64,000 bases of DNA, from assembly GCA_963575745.1 (NCBI GenBank), contig CAUYUJ010000237.1, positions 248,001-312,000 on the forward strand, given 5' to 3'. The DNA comes from Prorocentrum cordatum. Taxonomy: Eukaryota. The position numbers and the translations under genes are program-made. The notes below the pieces were generated by a model. The model made no database searches, was not told the origin of the DNA, and worked only from the letters and a program-made list of their open reading frames with translations. Numbering within the stretch: position 1 is the stretch's first letter; each line of letters begins with the position of its first letter. Positions 63,050-64,000 of this stretch are shown piece by piece.

Positions 63050-63560
63050 AGTGTTTGGGGTTCTTTGGATATTTTTGGGGCCTCTTGGGGGCCTCTTGGG
63101 GGTTCCTTGGGGCCTCTTGGGAGCCTCTTGGGGCCTCATGGGGCTCTCTCCGGGACTCTTGGGGCCCTCTCGCGGCGGAAAATTTAGTTTTTGAATTTTT
63201 GGGCGCCCTCTTGGGTCTCTTTTGGGGCCGTCTTGATGCTCTTTTCGACCGTCTTGGGCGCCTCTTGGGCGGTCTCGGAGCCCTCCTGGACCGTGTTGGG
63301 GCCTTCTTGGGGGCCTACTGGGCAGTACTGGGGCGATCTAGGGAGCCTCCGGGGCCATTGTGGAGCGTCGGGAAGCGGGAAAAGCGAGAAGGCCAAAAAC
63401 ATCGAAAAACACACAGGAAAATCAACAAGTGTAGCCTCTCGGGGCTCTCTTGGGAGGCCTCTTGGGGGTCTCTGGGGGCGTCTTGGACGCGTCTTGGGCA
63501 GTCTTGGGCCCAGATTGGGCGTCTTGGGCCGATCTTTGGGTGTCTCGGGGCCCTCTTTGG
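63050..63560 (+). repeat. GGGCCTCTTGG family with A-rich core
   Basis: 11-bp units; A-rich core at 63375-63430. Confidence 0.8.
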
Positions 63561-63723
63561 CCGTCGTGTGTTTTTTTTCGCGTCGCACTCGAAGGACAGA
63601 CACGAAGCACTCTGCAGGAGCGCCCGAAAGGCTCGGGGAGGGCGAAATTCGGTGGGGGGGGGCACCGTGTGCCGCTTTTCCGGGGTCCCCGGCCTTGTAA
63701 AAATATATAAATAGGAATACATG

Positions 63724-63832
<109 letters not shown>

Positions 63833-64000
63833 TAGAACCACGCGCGCGCTTCGCGCGCGCTTAGGTTCTAGCAAGCGCAGGCGCTTGACAATACCACGGC
63901 TGCGCGCATTGACAAAGTCACGGCTGCACGAATGCACGTACCGACGAATGGCTTCAGCATGGTTTGAAAAATCAACATGAGGGGCTGCTTGCGGACTGTA

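Overview
Eukaryotic, GC-rich, repeat-dominated genomic DNA, most likely dinoflagellate. This is inferred from two dinoflagellate spliced-leader (DinoSL) relics, dinoflagellate-style PPR motifs and candidate GT/GC/GA-AG splice sites. Most long ORFs in the track are translations of microsatellites or satellites, not genes. Supported content: (1) a + strand PPR gene in at least three exons (3040-3144, ~4566-4775, 13774-~13920), the last two joined in frame across a ~9 kb GT-AG intron; (2) inside that intron, an intact intronless 299-aa ORF on the - strand with a relic DinoSL upstream, embedded in a (CCT)n tract; (3) many decayed non-LTR retrotransposons (APE/RT/RNase H motifs), one starting with a near-complete DinoSL plus a second relic; (4) several short TIR elements (MITEs), mostly with 5-bp TSDs, one positioned like a GA-AG introner; (5) two clusters of a composite repeat carrying five 89-bp satellite arrays; (6) abundant (GGA/CCT)n, (GAT)n, (GGCTGA)n and (TA)n tracts. 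Decayed elements show an apparent A>G/T>C drift. All calls were made by eye, no searches were run, and boundaries of decayed elements are approximate.
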